A stretch of 64,000 nucleotides of DNA from Waddliaceae bacterium (GTDB lineage Bacteria; Chlamydiota; Chlamydiia; Chlamydiales; Waddliaceae): contig CAVRUH010000007.1 in NCBI GenBank assembly GCA_963724325.1, positions 192,001 through 256,000 on the forward strand. Reading direction: 5' to 3'. Positions 50,753 to 60,864 of this stretch are shown piece by piece. The position numbers were made by a program, and so were the translations under genes. The notes beneath the pieces were generated by a model. The model was not told where the DNA came from. It saw nothing but the letters and a program-made list of their open reading frames with translations, and did no database searches. Position 1 is the first letter of the stretch, and every line of letters begins with the position of its first letter.

Positions 50753-52228
50753 TTATTGATTATAATCGATTCTGTAGCGGACACCGTCTTTCTCAAGGAG
50801 GATTGTGTTGGATTTGATAGCAGTGATAGTCATGCCATCAAGGACATCTCCTTTAGATAGAATCTTGCCATTAATCACAACATTTAGGTTAAATTCGCCT
50901 TGTTGCGAATAACCAGTCACTTGATATTTGCCGGTTAGGTTAATCATCGATTCCTCAGCAGCCGATTCAGTGACGAAATTCTTGAGATTGCGTATTCCGG
51001 GAATTTGTTTGAATTTAGTTACAAGGGAATCAAAGGTTTGGAGTTGGTCTTTATTGACTCCGCCGGTGAGGGAAACTTCACCGTTATCCATTTCAATACG
51101 GATATTAGCAATTCCAACGTTTTGGAGTTCGCTTTGTATTTGTTGTTTGATATCTTCTTCAACAATAATATTCCAGGTGAGTAAGTCGACATAGGCAAAG
51201 TTGGAAGTTACATAATTATTGAGCGCTTCGGCTTGAGTTCTTGTTTGAAGGTATCCAGATATTATAAATTTACCTGGTTTTGGCGAGTGAACATTGATTG
51301 ATTTCCATTGTGGACGTTTTGAAAGGAGGAGGTTGATTTCTCTCCAAACGTTTTCATCGATGATGATAGAGGTGCTATCGATACTTTTTATGAAGGGGAG
51401 TCCTTGCAGTGTATAAAGTAATTGATTTTTATCAATATCGGTCAAAACGTGCCCGCCGACGAGAAGGCTGCCTGTTTTTCTGTTATAGGTGGCGTGGATG
51501 GTGGGGAAGTTTTTGATGATTGCATTGATTTCAGGAGTATGGTCTGCTTCTTCTTTCACTATTGGAACGCTTTGGAAGAGAGTAGCGACGCTGAGGCCGA
51601 CGACGACGAAGACGCCAGTGATGATTCCAATGAGAATAAAGGCTCCTAGGGCATTGTGAGGCTTTTGTTCAACTTGAATAGGTTCAGGAGTGGACTCTGC
51701 AGCGGTTTGTTCAGTAGGTTGTTGATCTTCTCCGTCTTCCTTCTGCAATGTTTTGACGATTGAAGGGAGGAGAGGGGAGATGATTGTTTGCATTTCTCCT
51801 TCGCGGTCAAAGATGATAAATGAGGTTGTGCCCATGCTGACGAGGGTATTTGTTTCCAGAGGCTGCGATCCTTTAATGGCATTGCCGTCGACGAGGGTGC
51901 CATTGCGACTTCCGAGGTCTTCGATGGTGATTTTTTCATCCTGAGCTATGGTAATTCTTCCATGTTGACGCGAGACGCTGTTGTCGTGAAAGATGATGTC
52001 TGCGGAATTTGGATCAGTTCCCACAAGATAGCTATGGCCGGGAAGCATCGAAAATTCGGCGCCGTTATTAGGGCCGCCGATAACCTTAAGAAGCCATCTA
52101 CCGGTCTCTCTCAGGTCGAAATCGATCTCTGCCAACACCCCTTTATCCCCTTTGGGGGCCTCTTCGAATATCGAAGGGTGTGGTGTTTCATCTTTGTCAA
52201 CTATTTCGTCGTTAGGTTCCTGCTCCAT
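50753..52228 (-). CDS. sctD: Type III secretion inner-membrane ring protein SctD/CdsD (FHA, TM, BON-like domains)
   Basis: FHA (LKVIGGPNNGAEF..SVSRQHGRI..DLGSRNGT), one TM, periplasmic domains and the chlamydial C-terminus LEKDGVRYRIDYN. Confidence 0.88.
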   Translation of the reverse strand: MEQEPNDEIVDKDETPHPSIFEEAPKGDKGVLAEIDFDLRETGRWLLKVIGGPNNGAEFSMLPGHSYLVGTDPNSADIIFHDNSVSRQHGRITIAQDEKITIEDLGSRNGTLVDGNAIKGSQPLETNTLVSMGTTSFIIFDREGEMQTIISPLLPSIVKTLQKEDGEDQQPTEQTAAESTPEPIQVEQKPHNALGAFILIGIITGVFVVVGLSVATLFQSVPIVKEEADHTPEINAIIKNFPTIHATYNRKTGSLLVGGHVLTDIDKNQLLYTLQGLPFIKSIDSTSIIIDENVWREINLLLSKRPQWKSINVHSPKPGKFIISGYLQTRTQAEALNNYVTSNFAYVDLLTWNIIVEEDIKQQIQSELQNVGIANIRIEMDNGEVSLTGGVNKDQLQTFDSLVTKFKQIPGIRNLKNFVTESAAEESMINLTGKYQVTGYSQQGEFNLNVVINGKILSKGDVLDGMTITAIKSNTILLEKDGVRYRIDYNQ

Positions 52229-52277
52229 GATATCCCTTTTTCTTTAATATATATCAAATTCATAACAGTTTCGGCAA

Positions 52278-52673
52278 TTATTTACCATAGGTTACTGTTT
52301 CTTCGCGCCAGAAGTCAATCTGATTGAAGAAATCTTCAAGGATAAAGCTGAAATCCTTGTAGTTGACTTCGTGGATGACATCACGAGTAAGGATAACTGT
52401 ATCTCCTTCTTCGTTAAGGGCTAAGATGTTGCCGTGGGTTTCTTTTCCTAACAGATTTGCATTCATGAGTTCGGCAAAGAAGTCTCCTTGCCCGGTTTTG
52501 GGACATTCAACAATATTGGCCTTGAGTAAAAATCCCTGGGGAATTTCGGTCACATAGACATTTACTCCTTCGTCGATGGGGATTTGGAAGACCCCGGGAA
52601 CCTCGGTAGCAAAGGTCCCGTCGATCTCCAAATCCTTAGCGAACTGTTCCATATATTTGTTTATCATAATCAC
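52278..52673 (-). CDS. CesT-family class I T3SS chaperone (Scc4/CT663-like)
   Basis: Acidic 131 aa with LMNANLLGKETHG and F..LEDFFNQIDFW. Directly upstream of sctD as in Chlamydia. Confidence 0.85.
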   Translation of the reverse strand: MIMINKYMEQFAKDLEIDGTFATEVPGVFQIPIDEGVNVYVTEIPQGFLLKANIVECPKTGQGDFFAELMNANLLGKETHGNILALNEEGDTVILTRDVIHEVNYKDFSFILEDFFNQIDFWREETVTYGK

Positions 52674-53825
52674 CTATATTTTTTGCATGCCAGGTTGCAT
52701 GCTTGTCAACATTTGCGTCCAGGTAGAATATAATTGCTGTATGTTTTGTTCCTGACTATTGTAGTCTTGGTCGATTCTGCCTTTGAATGATTGTGTCAAT
52801 TGTATCAAGGCATCAATTAAGGCCTTTTCTGCTTGTAAGGCACCTATATTGGCTTGCGTTACTGCCTGGCCAATGTTTGTTCCCATGCCGGTCAAACTTT
52901 GAACCATAGTATTAAACTGTGACGTTTGGTTTTGTATGTTGGTCACTAACCTATTAGTTCTTTCTGAGACCTTTTGGTCGAAAGCTTCATGTGCTTCAAC
53001 TTTTGCCTTGATGGTAGCGTTCATCAATGGTGGTTCTGTTGGTTGAGGTGGAATAGATCCATGACTATCTGTAAAGTTGCCATGACTATCCAGTTGAGGA
53101 TCCAAAACTTTCATTGCCTCATCTTGCCTTGCTTTATTTTCTGTCAGCCATTTGTTATTTTGGGCCTTGTACTCTATGTACTCTTTAGCAACATCTTCTT
53201 CTGTTTTGCCGCTCGGACTACCATCATGATTATTGAGTTTAGTATCATTATTATATTCTTGATCGTTTTTTAGGCCGTGCCTCTCACTTATGAGTTCATT
53301 TTTTGCTTTGGTATCTACTCCCTTCATCATCTTTGCTGAAACGCCCATGCCAGCAATGGAGGCGCCAAGTCCGACACCGGCCATGACGGCTGAGGTGATG
53401 TATTGGGCTACTTGTTGGTTGGTTGTGGCCATGATATTGGCCGCTTGATCTTTGGCCATGGACATGATCATTTTTGTTAAGTTTGGAGAGATTTTTGTAC
53501 CTTCGAGAAGTTTCATTGAACGCATGACTGTCGACATTGCTGCTAAGGCTATAACTAAGGTAACAGCGACGTTCGCTCCGAGCCATGGGTTGCCTGCATG
53601 TAGCAATTCTTGGTTCGGTGCTGGAATGCCCGGACTGCTTGATTGTGGGACACCTGTCAGCACGATGCTGCCCTGTGACTGCGCAACGCTATCCTTGACG
53701 TTTTGAACCATTGCTTTGGCTTGAGCAGGCGACACGTTTGCAATTTTCGCTAATTGATTCGCCGCAGCTTGTTGTACTGTATCTGGGGTTATTGGAACTC
53801 CCCCTTGGGTTGCATCTATTGGCAT
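52674..53825 (-). CDS. Putative minor translocator, CopD/SctB-like
   Basis: Hydrophobic segments (AVTLVIALAAM, AVMAGVGLGASIAG), C-terminal amphipathic coil, and position downstream of SycD and the CopB-like gene. Confidence 0.6.
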   Translation of the reverse strand: MPIDATQGGVPITPDTVQQAAANQLAKIANVSPAQAKAMVQNVKDSVAQSQGSIVLTGVPQSSSPGIPAPNQELLHAGNPWLGANVAVTLVIALAAMSTVMRSMKLLEGTKISPNLTKMIMSMAKDQAANIMATTNQQVAQYITSAVMAGVGLGASIAGMGVSAKMMKGVDTKAKNELISERHGLKNDQEYNNDTKLNNHDGSPSGKTEEDVAKEYIEYKAQNNKWLTENKARQDEAMKVLDPQLDSHGNFTDSHGSIPPQPTEPPLMNATIKAKVEAHEAFDQKVSERTNRLVTNIQNQTSQFNTMVQSLTGMGTNIGQAVTQANIGALQAEKALIDALIQLTQSFKGRIDQDYNSQEQNIQQLYSTWTQMLTSMQPGMQKI

Positions 53826-53850
53826 AAAATACCTCCTTATTCCTAACTTG

Positions 53851-54639
53851 TTACAATGCCCGGGCTATAGACGTGACGCTTTCGTGTTTTGCGGTCATCG
53901 CGTCTTCTAGGATTCGGGTCATATTGGTCATATCTTTTAAGCCCTTTTCTAGGAGATCGGGGCTGATATTTAAGAGAGCAAGGGTTTCTTTGCATGCATT
54001 TAAAAACGTGTTTATATCGCCCTTCTCGAGGGCAATTTTCCCTTTTTGGATGTCGAGAGTAATTTTATCGGCGTTTCCTTTGGGGACGTGTTGCATTTCA
54101 TTAAGGAATGAGCCTAGAATATTGAGACTTTTGTCGATATAGCCTGAAAAGTCTTCGATAAGTCTTCCATCGTCTTTTGAGATTGTTTGTATCATCAGCA
54201 AAAGGGCGGTGAGTTTGAGGGTTTCTGCGATAATTTTCTGGTTCTTTTCGTTGGTGTCTGTTGTTTTGGCGACTTCATTGAATACGATGGATAGCAAATC
54301 GGTGGAAATCAGCATGTGCATGGCGACATCAAAAGAGAATTTCTTTGCTCGCATTTTTTCGTTTTCTTCTTTTCCTGGGAAATTTCCTAGCCCATGTTCC
54401 AATAGGACCAGTGCTGAGGCAACTGCAGTGAAGATAGCTTTGATGGCCACGTTTGAAAAGAGCATTCGGCTTCCGTAGTTGGGGACTCCTAGGCGCCCCT
54501 TTCTCTTTTTCTCTATGCAGGCATCTACTTTTTTGATGAGATCGTTGATATCATTTTTTGTGCATTCATTTTTGGGAGCATCAATTCCATATTTCTTAAG
54601 CAGTCTCAATAGATCTGGTGCTAGTTTCTTTGTTTTCAT
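53851..54639 (-). CDS. Hypothetical protein in the translocon locus
   Basis: 262 aa; ATGA overlap with the upstream gene. Confidence 0.7.
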   Translation of the reverse strand: MKTKKLAPDLLRLLKKYGIDAPKNECTKNDINDLIKKVDACIEKKRKGRLGVPNYGSRMLFSNVAIKAIFTAVASALVLLEHGLGNFPGKEENEKMRAKKFSFDVAMHMLISTDLLSIVFNEVAKTTDTNEKNQKIIAETLKLTALLLMIQTISKDDGRLIEDFSGYIDKSLNILGSFLNEMQHVPKGNADKITLDIQKGKIALEKGDINTFLNACKETLALLNISPDLLEKGLKDMTNMTRILEDAMTAKHESVTSIARAL

Positions 54640-55571
54640 GAGTTCCCCATTGCCTGCAATCGGCCTTTGAGATCATTAAGTTCATTTAATTCTGTTCTTG
54701 TTCCAAATTCCATTGATTGATTGAGTCCATCGACGATGCTTTTTCCGATGGTATTGAATGTGCCGCTTTGGGCGGTATTAGCAATTTCAGTCCCTAAAAG
54801 CAGGCTAGGATTCGGGCTAGTCATCGAAGCGGTGACGACAGCCAGCATGTGGGACATATCGGTGACGATGTTGAATTCTTTTCGGTTTTCGTCTTTTTTA
54901 ACTGATTCTAGAATTTGTTGGGCAGAGTTCGAAATTTCTTTAAATCCTTCCGTAACACCTTTGTTGAGCTGTGAAACTAGGTCGTTGAGTTGTTTAATGG
55001 CGCTTGAGACTTCATCATTACGAGCAGAGAAGCTTGTAAGGGACTGCAAAGCGTTGGCGGTTGTTTCGATGCCCGATTTTAGGGCCACTTGAGGTAGGAG
55101 TTGGTTCATTCGATTTTGAATTGTTGCCGGTGTTCCGGGGGCGGGTGGAACGGCGGCGCTTTCGGCCCAGTCGATGAATTTTGCCGTTGTCGATAGGGCT
55201 TCATTGAGGACTACGTAATTGGGATTTCTGGAGAGGAGCGGCTTGTTGTTTTCGCTTGCGAGCTGATCTTTGATAATAGATGGCAGGCTTTTGACAAGTT
55301 CTTCATATATTGGGATGGATGTATTGCCTGAAGCGGCTTGACCTAGTTCTCCCATTCTATCATGCGCCATAGGCTTAAGGAGCGGGTCTTTCGGCGCTGA
55401 TTTGTAGACATCCTTTTCCTCTTGTTTGATGAATGGCAAAATTTCATAGGTCTCTTGAGGTACAATATTGATCTCGGCCTTTGTCGTTTGGACAAAAGCA
55501 GTCGTCTCCATCTCCCTAATTTGGGGAGGTACTGAAGATCCTGCAATGCCTGGTCCTGCGCCGATTCCCAT
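54636..55571 (-). CDS. Hypothetical protein in the translocon locus (candidate T3SS substrate)
   Basis: 311 aa; Gly/Pro/Ser N-terminus; follows SycD by 3 bp. Confidence 0.7.
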   Translation of the reverse strand: MGIGAGPGIAGSSVPPQIREMETTAFVQTTKAEINIVPQETYEILPFIKQEEKDVYKSAPKDPLLKPMAHDRMGELGQAASGNTSIPIYEELVKSLPSIIKDQLASENNKPLLSRNPNYVVLNEALSTTAKFIDWAESAAVPPAPGTPATIQNRMNQLLPQVALKSGIETTANALQSLTSFSARNDEVSSAIKQLNDLVSQLNKGVTEGFKEISNSAQQILESVKKDENRKEFNIVTDMSHMLAVVTASMTSPNPSLLLGTEIANTAQSGTFNTIGKSIVDGLNQSMEFGTRTELNELNDLKGRLQAMGNS

Positions 55572-55574
55572 ATT

Positions 55575-56141
55575 TTATTTTTTCACCTTTTCTGTTTTTT
55601 TAAGGTCTTTTTCTAATTTTTTAAGTTCTGCAGATGCTCGCTCCTTAAGCATGGAATATTCCTTCCTATTACCACAGCGTTCAATGGACACTTTGAGCAT
55701 CATAGTAGCTGCAAGAGGTTGATTGAGCTTCATATAGCAATCTGAGCTATAGTAGTGTGGAAGTGGGTCCTTCATCTCTAACATCGCCCAAGTCATGTAG
55801 TAAACAATTGCAAGATCGTAATCTTTAAGGTGGTGGGTCGTTGCTGCAACGGCTGCGAGAAATCTATGGTCTTCGGGTTCGAAAGAGGAGAGGGCTACGA
55901 AAATGTTTTTTGCTTCCTTGTATTTACCTGCCTTGAATAGTATATGACCCTGGTTATAGATCTTTTCTAAGTGATGCTTTTCGAGTCCTATAGCTGAAGC
56001 CATTGATTTTTCTTTAAGAGCAACTTGCACGAGAAGCTCCTCGTATTTTTTCTTTTCTGCATTCGAAAATTTTGACATGTGTTCTGCCACGGCATCTTTA
56101 GCTACTTTTTTTAATTCTTCTTTTATTTCCGCATCATTCAT
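55575..56141 (-). CDS. SycD/LcrH-family translocator chaperone
   Basis: LEKIYNQGHILFKAGKYKEAKNIF..PLPHYYSSDCY TPR pattern. Confidence 0.88.
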   Translation of the reverse strand: MNDAEIKEELKKVAKDAVAEHMSKFSNAEKKKYEELLVQVALKEKSMASAIGLEKHHLEKIYNQGHILFKAGKYKEAKNIFVALSSFEPEDHRFLAAVAATTHHLKDYDLAIVYYMTWAMLEMKDPLPHYYSSDCYMKLNQPLAATMMLKVSIERCGNRKEYSMLKERASAELKKLEKDLKKTEKVKK

Positions 56142-56156
56142 TTTTTTTCTCCTATT

Positions 56157-59021
56157 TTATGCTGCATTTGCAATACTTGTAGCTGCTTGAGACAAACCTT
56201 GCCAGTATTTGTTCTGTGAATCACTGATGTTTTTCATCCAATTTGCATCGTTGTTAAGACCTGACAGCAGTTTGTCTAAAACGTTTTGTAAAACTTGAAG
56301 CATAGCTTCCAACTTTGCCACATAGGCTTCCATTTCACCCTTCTGTTGAGCGGCTTGCGCTTCACCTACGTTTTGAATTATTGAACCGACGGATGAAGCA
56401 GCCTGTGCCACTGTGCCTGCTACGTTTACAACCAGTTGTACCTTAGTGAATTTGGACATTCCTTCAGCACTATCACGTGTTGCGCCTTGTACAGTGTCGA
56501 AATATCCTTGGACAACCTTTGCAAATTTTGGCCCAATTTTTTCAGCGGCTTTGACGATTGTATCCATCATCTTCTGAGCAACTTCTGTGATTTTATCCAA
56601 AATTTTCGATACTGTGCCTACTATTTTTGGTAAAAGCTGTGCAACTTTGGCGGCCATTTCTGCCATGACGCCAGCTAAAGCACCGCCACCTGATAATATG
56701 ATCTGTACGGCCAAAATAACAGCTTGGAAGGCTAATCCCATAGCCATATTGGCTATTTGAGCCGCGCTATCTGTTGCTCCGCACGCTGTTAGGAAGTTCG
56801 TAAGGCAATTAGAGTCCGAAAATAATAATTTACTAAATACCATGACGTTGCCTGTCATTGAGATAGCAGTAACGAGCATAAATTTGAGGGCGGAGGCTAT
56901 TCCATCAGCCACTGATTTGGGTTTGATGCTGTTTTCAAGGCCTGTTGTAATTGCATTAAACATTTGTTGAAATAAGCCTTGTCCCTGATTGTTGGTGGCT
57001 GCCACGATGTCGTCTGCAACCAATACCGGAAGCAGGAAGGGAAGCATTGCTCCGCCAGTGAAGACAATCATCAGGGCTTCAAAAACTTTACCCAAAGGAC
57101 CCAAAGCCGCAAGTTGTGCCATTTTTTTCTCATTAGCTCTGTTTGTAAGCATTTCTTGCTTTTGTTTGGCAACTTCATCGAGCTTCATCGCGAGTTTTGC
57201 TTTACTTTGGACCTGGGCGTTTTGAGAGTCTTGAACTTCCATTGAGCTAATTTGGCTCTTTAATTCCGAAATGGCTTCTGAAACTATTTTGATTGCATTC
57301 ATGTAGGATGTCCCTTGAGCATTAGGATGTGTTGCAGCATATTGGGCAGCTAGTTGATTGACGATATCTTTTGCTGTGTCTAGGCCCGCAAACATCGTCG
57401 TGTAGGTATTGAGTGTTGCAGGTGCAACATTTGGGGTCCAATTTGCTGGAAGGCCAAAGGTGCTTTGTACTGAGCTAAGCGCTTGCCCAAATGTAGAATC
57501 GATAACTTTTGCCATGGCTGGATCAAGAGTAGCCATTTGATTTGGGTCAGCAAGGGCTCCTTTAATTTGAGCAAATTGCGGGGTCGTTAAAGGAAGAGAA
57601 CGCAGATTGCTTTGGAAATCTTGAACAAAGTTGCCTTGTAGTTTGGAGTCATTCATAAACTGACCTGAGACAATAGGGAAACCTTGAGGAATGTTCATCT
57701 GTTGTGTTGTCAAGGTGGTTGCTGCATCGACAACGGATTTTACTTGAGGGTTAGTAACAGCGCCAGGATGGTTGAAGAGAAAGACGGCGCCCTGAATTTG
57801 CGGCGGGGTCATTCCTGCCTTGGCTCCCAAGGTTGCAATGTGGGCTTCGACTGCAGAGTTGAACTTATTGCTTATACCTACCTGAAAGGCATGGCTATCC
57901 ACAGGAGGCTTAGCGCCATTGGGGGGCATATCAAGGAGCTTGCCAAATTTTCCGAGTGCGGAAGCATCAGTTTTTTGAAGCAAATCACTCACTGCAGGAT
58001 CGGCAAACTGAGGAAAATAGTGGGCCATTTGGAGTTTGGCAACAGTTTCTGGGCTCTCTTTTAATTGTCCTACGGCATCTTCAAAGGCTGAATCATAGGA
58101 AGCTGACAGGGTTTTAATTTGATCTAAAGTGTCTTTTAAGGGGACTTTAAGGTCGCCCGTTTTGGGGCTAAATTCGAAATTGGTAATCTGTCCGGAACTA
58201 ATGGCTACAGGGACCATGCCATCTTGGGCGCTTAGCATGTCATTGATTTGATTACTCATTTTCTGAGCTAATCCGGGCAAGTCGACACCGGTATCTTTCA
58301 TCATTTGAAGCATCTTTTGCGAATCTTGAGCTGGAGTTGTTCCAATATTTGCTCCGATAGGGTTTCCTTTTGCCAAGTTATCCAATTGGGCCTGCAGGTC
58401 GTTTAGGTTTCCTTTGGTTAACTGTTCTTTTAAAGCTTGAATGGCTTCTTTTTGCTTTCCTTGGGGCATTTTAGAGGCTATATCATCTAAAGCAGCACCT
58501 GCGGTATTGGCATCTTGACCGAATTTTTTTGAGCTCTCATCCGCTTTTTTTAGGACGCTGCCCCATGTTGGTATATTTGGAAATTTTGCTTTGAGTTGAT
58601 CGGACATCTTTTTAGTGAATGCTTCCGCAAGTTTCCTAATGGAAGGATCGCCCCCTGGGGCATCAGGATTATGGATCACATACAATAATTCATTTTTTTC
58701 CGTATCTGTAAGCCCGGCGCTGACATCTTGATAATTTAGGGAAAAATTCTGGCTATAGACATCATTATAGGACGGAGGCAGAACGAGCGGCTGATGAGGA
58801 ATATCACTGGCATCTCGATCAGGTTTAGGAAGAACAGGCTGGCTGGGGTTTAAATTCTCGGTGCCAGTAAGTAAAACATCCGTTGTCGTAATAGTATCAA
58901 CAATGGTTCCATTGACTTTTTCCAGCCGAAGAGCTGCCTGAGGGTCGGTCGTAGAATCAGTTCCTTGTAAAGGCAGCTGCGTCTGATTTGGACTTATATT
59001 ACTATTTATAGCGCCCATCAT
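56157..59021 (-). CDS. Putative major translocator, CopB/SctE-like, with long N-terminal extension
   Basis: The C-terminal third has a coiled coil, hydrophobic stretches (ALMIVFTGGAMLPFLLPVLVA; AVILAVQIILSGGGALAG) and an IpaB/SseC-type amphipathic tail. Lies between two SycD genes. Confidence 0.75.
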   Translation of the reverse strand: MMGAINSNISPNQTQLPLQGTDSTTDPQAALRLEKVNGTIVDTITTTDVLLTGTENLNPSQPVLPKPDRDASDIPHQPLVLPPSYNDVYSQNFSLNYQDVSAGLTDTEKNELLYVIHNPDAPGGDPSIRKLAEAFTKKMSDQLKAKFPNIPTWGSVLKKADESSKKFGQDANTAGAALDDIASKMPQGKQKEAIQALKEQLTKGNLNDLQAQLDNLAKGNPIGANIGTTPAQDSQKMLQMMKDTGVDLPGLAQKMSNQINDMLSAQDGMVPVAISSGQITNFEFSPKTGDLKVPLKDTLDQIKTLSASYDSAFEDAVGQLKESPETVAKLQMAHYFPQFADPAVSDLLQKTDASALGKFGKLLDMPPNGAKPPVDSHAFQVGISNKFNSAVEAHIATLGAKAGMTPPQIQGAVFLFNHPGAVTNPQVKSVVDAATTLTTQQMNIPQGFPIVSGQFMNDSKLQGNFVQDFQSNLRSLPLTTPQFAQIKGALADPNQMATLDPAMAKVIDSTFGQALSSVQSTFGLPANWTPNVAPATLNTYTTMFAGLDTAKDIVNQLAAQYAATHPNAQGTSYMNAIKIVSEAISELKSQISSMEVQDSQNAQVQSKAKLAMKLDEVAKQKQEMLTNRANEKKMAQLAALGPLGKVFEALMIVFTGGAMLPFLLPVLVADDIVAATNNQGQGLFQQMFNAITTGLENSIKPKSVADGIASALKFMLVTAISMTGNVMVFSKLLFSDSNCLTNFLTACGATDSAAQIANMAMGLAFQAVILAVQIILSGGGALAGVMAEMAAKVAQLLPKIVGTVSKILDKITEVAQKMMDTIVKAAEKIGPKFAKVVQGYFDTVQGATRDSAEGMSKFTKVQLVVNVAGTVAQAASSVGSIIQNVGEAQAAQQKGEMEAYVAKLEAMLQVLQNVLDKLLSGLNNDANWMKNISDSQNKYWQGLSQAATSIANAA

Positions 59022-59083
59022 TTAACTCCGAGCTTATAAAATTTTATTAACAACAAACAAAATTTAACTAAACAATTTCAAAT

Positions 59084-59656
59084 TTATTTCTTTTTATGTT
59101 TTGCTTTAATTTCATTCTTTTTTGCATCTTCTTTATTCATCTCTTTTTTTAGGCTTTCAATTGTAAGAAGGGCACGGTCCTTTAATGCCTGATATTCGCC
59201 TTTGATCCCTGCACGCTTCACAGCCATTTCCAATGCGACAATCGATGATGTAATATCTTTCATCTCCAGGTAGCAATCCGAAGCATGGTAAAAGGGGACT
59301 GGACTCTCAGGGTCCATCACCCCGCACAACGTATAAGTGCTTACCGCCGCCTGGTATTCCTTCATCATGTGGAAGCATGCTGCTAATCCCATCGTATATT
59401 TCGCCTGGGTTGAATCCATCATGATAAGCAAACGAAACAACTCCGAAGCTTCCTTGTACTTTCCTGTGTTATATAAACGATAGGCCTGGCCATATACACC
59501 CTCGACCATAGCATCGCTCATTCCGAGCGCATTCTTTGGCAAGAATTCCTTGGACATAACGTCCTCAGTAACCCTGCCAAAGCTTTTTTCAATTCGACTC
59601 GATGCACCCGCTCCAACAGCGGCCACTGCCCGTTTGATTTCTTTCTCTTCTGACAT
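59084..59656 (-). CDS. SycD/LcrH-family translocator chaperone
   Basis: EGVYGQAYRLYNTGKYKEA..FRLL..YTMGLAAC..PVPFYHASDCY. Confidence 0.92.
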   Translation of the reverse strand: MSEEKEIKRAVAAVGAGASSRIEKSFGRVTEDVMSKEFLPKNALGMSDAMVEGVYGQAYRLYNTGKYKEASELFRLLIMMDSTQAKYTMGLAACFHMMKEYQAAVSTYTLCGVMDPESPVPFYHASDCYLEMKDITSSIVALEMAVKRAGIKGEYQALKDRALLTIESLKKEMNKEDAKKNEIKAKHKKK

Positions 59657-59676
59657 CTGCTACCTCCGATCTCATC

Positions 59677-60837
59677 CTAATGGAATAACGATGATGTTAT
59701 TGTTCCCAACTCTTGCAAGATCGTTGTCGCGATCGTTGTCTGCTGGTTGGCAATGTTCTGGCTTTGGTTAACAACTGACTGCATAGCTTGTGCCTGGTCG
59801 CCAACGTCACTGCGCAACGCTTGTACCGTTTCAGATATTGATTGCATTCTTGTCGTTAAGTCTTGACGAGCACTAGTTTTCTGACCCTGGTTTCCACTAC
59901 CCGAACCCACTTCAGTACCGTCACCTTGTGTAAAGGTAGGTATCTGTGATAACAGGTTCGTGTATGCCGATTGCCATTGGGTTAAGAAGTTAAGTCTCTG
60001 TGCTTGTGATGCTGATATATTCTGTGTAATACCTATCAGCTGCACTAACAATGATAATATCTGGTTGATGACTGCTACTTTATTCGTATTTGCAGTTGTA
60101 ACTGATGTGGCATTCGCAGCTGCATATTGTGATGTGACAGCTGTAGCCCAATCATTAAACATCTGGCTTGGAATAAAATATCCATTTGCTGGATTGCCGC
60201 TGCCAGTTTTTGTCAGTTCTGCGGTGTAAAACTGATTAAACGCTGCCTGAAACTGAGCAGGCGTGCTGTTAGGGAAATAGGCCTGATAAATTTCCTGGTA
60301 TGATGGCACAGATGTGCTTGAGGACGATTGCACAACAGCAGTTTGCGTCATGAAATTGGTCCAATTAGTGACAAATTGCGCAGGCGTTCCCAAAGTGGGC
60401 TGTGCTTTATTGGAGTAAGGATAACTCGCCAAAAAGGCACTCATCGAGGACTCAAATTGTGCTTGCATCTGCGCATCTGTAGGAGGTGGGGTTACTAAAT
60501 CAGCAAAGTCTCCTGTGTCATTAGGACTGCCGGTTGTGATTCCCAAAGTCTGTTGATAGGAAGCGTAAAACGTATTTATAAAGGCATTATAATTGGCGGT
60601 TCCATTGGTTGGGTCTTGTGTTAGGAAAGAGTAAAGCATACCGTTTAACGAAGTTGGTACATAATTTCCGAATGTCTGATATGAACTAGTTTGATTGCTT
60701 GCGATATTATTGATAACTGTTGCTAAGACCGGACTCACCGTAGGTACAGCCGCGGCGACCTGCTCATTAAGATTGGATAGGTTTGCCACAAAAGGGTAAG
60801 CCTGACCGTTGATTACTACTGGGGTTGGACTAGACAT
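59677..60837 (-). CDS. Gln/Thr/Ser/Ala-rich putative T3SS-secreted protein with C-terminal helical hairpin
   Basis: AGGAGG RBS; very few charged residues; coiled-coil C-terminus. Confidence 0.75.
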   Translation of the reverse strand: MSSPTPVVINGQAYPFVANLSNLNEQVAAAVPTVSPVLATVINNIASNQTSSYQTFGNYVPTSLNGMLYSFLTQDPTNGTANYNAFINTFYASYQQTLGITTGSPNDTGDFADLVTPPPTDAQMQAQFESSMSAFLASYPYSNKAQPTLGTPAQFVTNWTNFMTQTAVVQSSSSTSVPSYQEIYQAYFPNSTPAQFQAAFNQFYTAELTKTGSGNPANGYFIPSQMFNDWATAVTSQYAAANATSVTTANTNKVAVINQILSLLVQLIGITQNISASQAQRLNFLTQWQSAYTNLLSQIPTFTQGDGTEVGSGSGNQGQKTSARQDLTTRMQSISETVQALRSDVGDQAQAMQSVVNQSQNIANQQTTIATTILQELGTITSSLFH

Positions 60838-60864
60838 ATTGCCTCCTGATTACTAAAATTGTTA

